DNA of 63,796 bases, the filler included, from Folioceros fuciformis (taxonomy: Eukaryota), in the NCBI GenBank assembly GCA_049999805.1. It is 10 parts of 10 records of this genome, joined end to end, with 100 filler letters (N's around TTAATTAATTAA, not from the genome) between each part and the next. Parts side by side here need not be neighbours in the genome. Positions count along the whole stretch, not along the records: positions 59,488 to 63,796 come from JBNGIO010001506.1; 9 more parts are not named here. One strand, 5' to 3'. Positions 59,932-63,796 of this stretch are shown piece after piece (the stretch's first letter is position 1; the number at the start of each line of letters is the position of its first letter). Made by a program: the position numbers and the translations under genes. The notes under the pieces are model-generated. The model had not been told where the DNA came from. It worked only from the letters and a program-made list of their open reading frames with translations, and ran no database searches.

Positions 59932-61384
59932 AATTGCTTGTGCTTGGGGGAACTCAAGCCTCCAAATAGTACAGTGGTTGTGATTTCACTTGCCCCAGCA
60001 CCATGACTCGTATCCACCAGGGTTTCCACATGCTGCATTGCTAGTCTCTCTCAGACCCACGGAATGCCTTACTTGTTCACCAATGCTTGCAGTAGTTGCT
60101 GGTTGTCCCTGTGCACAACCACCGACTGTGGTCCGTGTTGACACGAACAATGATGTGTTTCGAATTCCACCAACAACATGGAAGGGACCCAACAGTAGAC
60201 GAAAGGTATATTTCTCCGTCTTTTCCATTTTTTTTCACGTCAATACACATATCCTAGCATTAAAATCTAGTTGGTTTGCTTAAAAAGGAATTTCCTTTTG
60301 CACCTTTTTCGAGGATAATGGATCAAAAGTTCAAATCCATGTTAATGTGAAGAAGAAAAAAAATTGTGTATCTTGTATGGCTAACAAAGATGCGCATGAG
60401 GAAACGTCATGCTCATATGAGTATATCAAAACTTCCAAATTTAGGGGAGAAATACATAAATTCCATAAATTTTCAAGTTTGCTAAGCTAGCATGCAATTT
60501 GTTTGAAACATAACTTGCAAAAAATAGCTATGGAAGATTGCAAACTTTGTATCCAAGAGTGTTGACCCGTTTGCAAAAAAAAGAAAAGAAAAGAAAGGAA
60601 AGTCTACAAGTCATTTTCTCATCACCAAAACAATCACGTGTAGAAACCAGCAATGTAGATCCTTAAAGGTACCTATAAAATGGTTCCCAATTTGTGGATC
60701 AATATTGCTCGTGGATCGTACATGCTCTTGTTTGCTTATCCATTAGGTGGAGAATTAGGCATGGGCTTCTTGCCCTTTCTTGAACCATTAGGGCAATTTG
60801 AAATGTAAAGAGCGTTTCGTTTGTTCTCCTTGTCATGGAGATTGGTGCATGTAGGATTCACAATCGTAGATTTAGAGTTGTTGGAGATTTCTTGTGGCCT
60901 TATCTTTGGACAACCTTGGCTTAAGTGAATTGGTAGATGAATTCCAAGAACATCACTGGGAGACAAGCGTGCTTGAAATTGGCCTCCAAAATCAATGAGT
61001 GCAAATTAAGGCACGAAACGTGAAATCCAATATTAAAGGAAAATAAAAGTGGAAGTAACTACGAGAGAACCGAGACAAACCATGAAGGGGACTATTGAAG
61101 CGGGCATGTTTGAAAAGCATTAAGGTGACTTAAAAAGGAAGTATCCTAAATGTTATACCCAAATTTGCATTAATTTAAAATTTAGGGTTCATGGAGTATT
61201 GACCTAATCAAACATCTACTAGGTTGGTATTATAAATAGTTTCCATGTCATGAATAAGCTAGTACTCAACTTGTGTTTCTAGGTGGATCCTACATTAAAG
61301 CAAGATCCTATTGCTCTACAACCTCCTAGAGTGCTTCTATTTTGACCATCTTTTTAAGCTCAAGTTCTTGCTCTAGAGTCAAAG

Positions 61385-62710
61385 TTGGACGTAAACCTCA
61401 TTAGTTCCCCAAATTTTGACGACCTTGGCACTTCAAGTTTCAACGTCGCCCATCCTTTAAGCTCTGGCATTCGGACTACTTTACAAGGTTTGCAAGTTGG
61501 GAGTGCTTGGGGTCCCGGATTTGATATGGCCTCAAGGTTTGACCTCCCCAATCCTTCGAGCTTTGGTGTTAAAACTCTTTCGCAAGGTTTGCAGGCTGGT
61601 AGTGCTTGGGGTCCCGAATTTGATATGGCCCAAGGTTTTGACCTCATCGATCTTCCAAGTTTCAACATGGCCCATCCTCCAAGCTTTGGTGTTGGAAATC
61701 TTTTTCAATGCTTGCAGGCTGACAATCCTTGGGAACCCGGGTTTGATATTCCGGACGTTGCTCTTGAACCATGTTATGGTGACTTATATCATTACTATTC
61801 ATCTTTTTGGAGTCCTTTTATCGAGCCATATGTGGCAAAGATAGGTGAAGGCTCTTATGCAGAAATATTTAAGGTTAATGGTCAAATAATTAAAGTGATA
61901 CCTATCATAAGTGGTGATCACTCTCAGGAGCTATTGATTGGCAATACTTTGGCTACTTTACGAAATCCAAATGCTCCCTTTTGTTGCACCAACTTTATGT
62001 GCAATGAATGGCATGAAATTTCAAAAGGGGCATTCCTAAACTCTTATCTTTTTATTGATGCTAAGTTACAATGGGCAGCACTCCACAACTCTAGGTTTCC
62101 CATGAACTATCAATTTAGTCAAATGTTTATCACTATTGCACAAGAGGATGGCGGGAATCCTTTGGCAAACATTAAGTTTCATACCTTGCAAGCCATCAAA
62201 AGTACATTATTACAAGTAACTCTTGCCTTGCATGTAGCAGAAAAGGCATATGGCTTTGAACATCGAGATCTTCACACTGGAAACATTCTTATAGATGGCG
62301 TAGGAGATGAAGAAAGTCATGAGTTATACATCATAAACAACAAAAGAGAAACAATCAAAACACATGGATTAAAGGTGTCCATCATAGATTTTGGATTGTC
62401 ACGTATTCAATGTGGCGCCAAAGTAGCGTGTACTGAGATTTACAAACAAAGGATGCAAGATCCTCTATTGGATTGGACTTGGAATCGCGTGCACCACATT
62501 GTTAATTCACATTGGGACCAAAGCTTCCCTAGTGTCAATGCAATATGGGTAGAGTACTTAGCGCGAGTTATTTTGAAGCGGCATATTAACGACAAAAACT
62601 TCTCCCACTATGATCGTCAACAATTGCATGGATTTATTAGTCGCATGACAATGTATAGCACAATAGCTAGAATTAAGAGAGACTTGTTTTTCAAGGACAT
62701 GTGGGTATAA
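61385..62710 (+). CDS. Intronless haspin-like protein kinase with N-terminal tandem peptide repeats (first in-frame ATG at 61526)
   Basis: KIGEGSYAEIFK, IIKVIPI, CTNF, FEHRDLHTGNILI, IKTHGLKVSIIDFGLSRI and PSVNAIWVEYL are haspin-type motifs; uninterrupted 441-codon frame. Confidence 0.85.
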   Translation: MDVNLISSPNFDDLGTSSFNVAHPLSSGIRTTLQGLQVGSAWGPGFDMASRFDLPNPSSFGVKTLSQGLQAGSAWGPEFDMAQGFDLIDLPSFNMAHPPSFGVGNLFQCLQADNPWEPGFDIPDVALEPCYGDLYHYYSSFWSPFIEPYVAKIGEGSYAEIFKVNGQIIKVIPIISGDHSQELLIGNTLATLRNPNAPFCCTNFMCNEWHEISKGAFLNSYLFIDAKLQWAALHNSRFPMNYQFSQMFITIAQEDGGNPLANIKFHTLQAIKSTLLQVTLALHVAEKAYGFEHRDLHTGNILIDGVGDEESHELYIINNKRETIKTHGLKVSIIDFGLSRIQCGAKVACTEIYKQRMQDPLLDWTWNRVHHIVNSHWDQSFPSVNAIWVEYLARVILKRHINDKNFSHYDRQQLHGFISRMTMYSTIARIKRDLFFKDMWV

Positions 62711-63796
62711 CCATACGAGTCACCAAGGTTCACTTTGACTTTGCCGCACGTTGATCTTGTTAGTAACCAAATGTGAACGATTGAACATTTAATCTAACAT
62801 TGATTTCAATCACAAGCGCATTAGAATTCATATTAGAATATATGTTTAAATACACACATATTATACAAATGGTCCATGGAGCCCATGAGCTTTATTATTA
62901 GAATCTACTTAGCTCAAGGAACTTAACTTGTGTGCTAGTCTAGTGCCTTCATCAAATCAATGTATTAGCCAAAAAATGAAATAAAAGAGTTGATTTTTGT
63001 CACATCATTGCGTTGGTAGATAGCAGCGACTATTGTATCGAAGGACAACTCACGTTCTCCTATGTTACTTCTTGAATGTCCCTCCCCTTTTTCCAACCAT
63101 GCAACCCCCTACTCAACATGTACTATCTATTTTTGTTTGACCATGAATCACAACTAACAATTTCATATAATACATATTACTATTTCTCAGCTAGCAAACC
63201 ACGGGGTCCGTGTCGCAGTATCTCGATACATCCGGATTAGCCTATTTTGGCAGCCAAGGAATCACATTCGAGCAATGACCCTAATCCCATTTGATCTCAA
63301 CCCGCATGCTTGAGAACCCTTTTAGGCACACTAGGGCAATGGAGTTCACGACCACCTAAGTACCCCTCAAGAGTCATGTCCGGAAAATACATACATAGAT
63401 GGAGAGATGATGATAGAGGAAAAATCACAATACGAGCCAAGTCGCACATGCCGACACACTGTGTGTAGCTATGGAACCCGATTTGCGAGGTTGTTTACTA
63501 GCAGCGAGTTGAGCTAGTATTGCTTACATAGTGTGGGACCCTAGTCAAGCACTACTGGTGGTTTGTCAGCAAGATCACTATCCAAGTTGTCCAATCCTAT
63601 GCTGTCAGCCCCCGATCCCCTTAGCATGAAAGCCCTTTGCAAACGAATTTTTGAGTAAAGACTTGTCCGAGGAACTTCGGGTTCGGCCTTACACCTCCGA
63701 ATGCAATCTCATCATCAGTAGGTTGTTGGCGACCATGTATGTGGTGGAGCTTGTACACCCATCCCTTCCTCCCACAACGGCCATAGTGGTTAGGAC

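Noticed and set aside
54764-62710. Terpene synthase plus neighbours as a biosynthetic gene cluster
   Set aside because: No P450 or other tailoring enzymes seen, and contig gaps intervene

Overview
Eukaryotic nuclear DNA from a land plant. Short GT-AG introns, an intronless PLS-class PPR gene with a WW-type PG box and a diterpene synthase point to a seed-free lineage, most plausibly a hornwort (inference). The window is about ten contigs joined by artificial ~100-bp N-TTAATTAATTAA-N spacers, so adjacency across those gaps is unproven. Host genes: a multi-exon DEDDy 3'-5' exonuclease (At1g56310/ATRM2-like) that appears to splice in frame to a dsRNA-binding motif; a 1084-aa PLS-E+ PPR editing factor; an At5g65540-like histone-fold/Q-rich gene; a PAR1-family gene; a partial class II diterpene synthase; and an intronless, divergent haspin kinase. 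The rest is mostly nested, decayed Ty1/Copia and Ty3/Gypsy elements, solo LTRs with target-site duplications, a probable CACTA end and tandem repeats. The most intriguing signals are (1) decayed relics of a prokaryote-type N4C/N6A DNA methyltransferase and of a ParB-like ORF in transposon-rich DNA, suggesting a mobile ParB-MTase cassette; (2) the exonuclease-dsRBM fusion; and (3) conserved hairpins or palindromes directly upstream of Copia polypurine tracts. All family assignments come from motif recognition by eye; no database searches were run.
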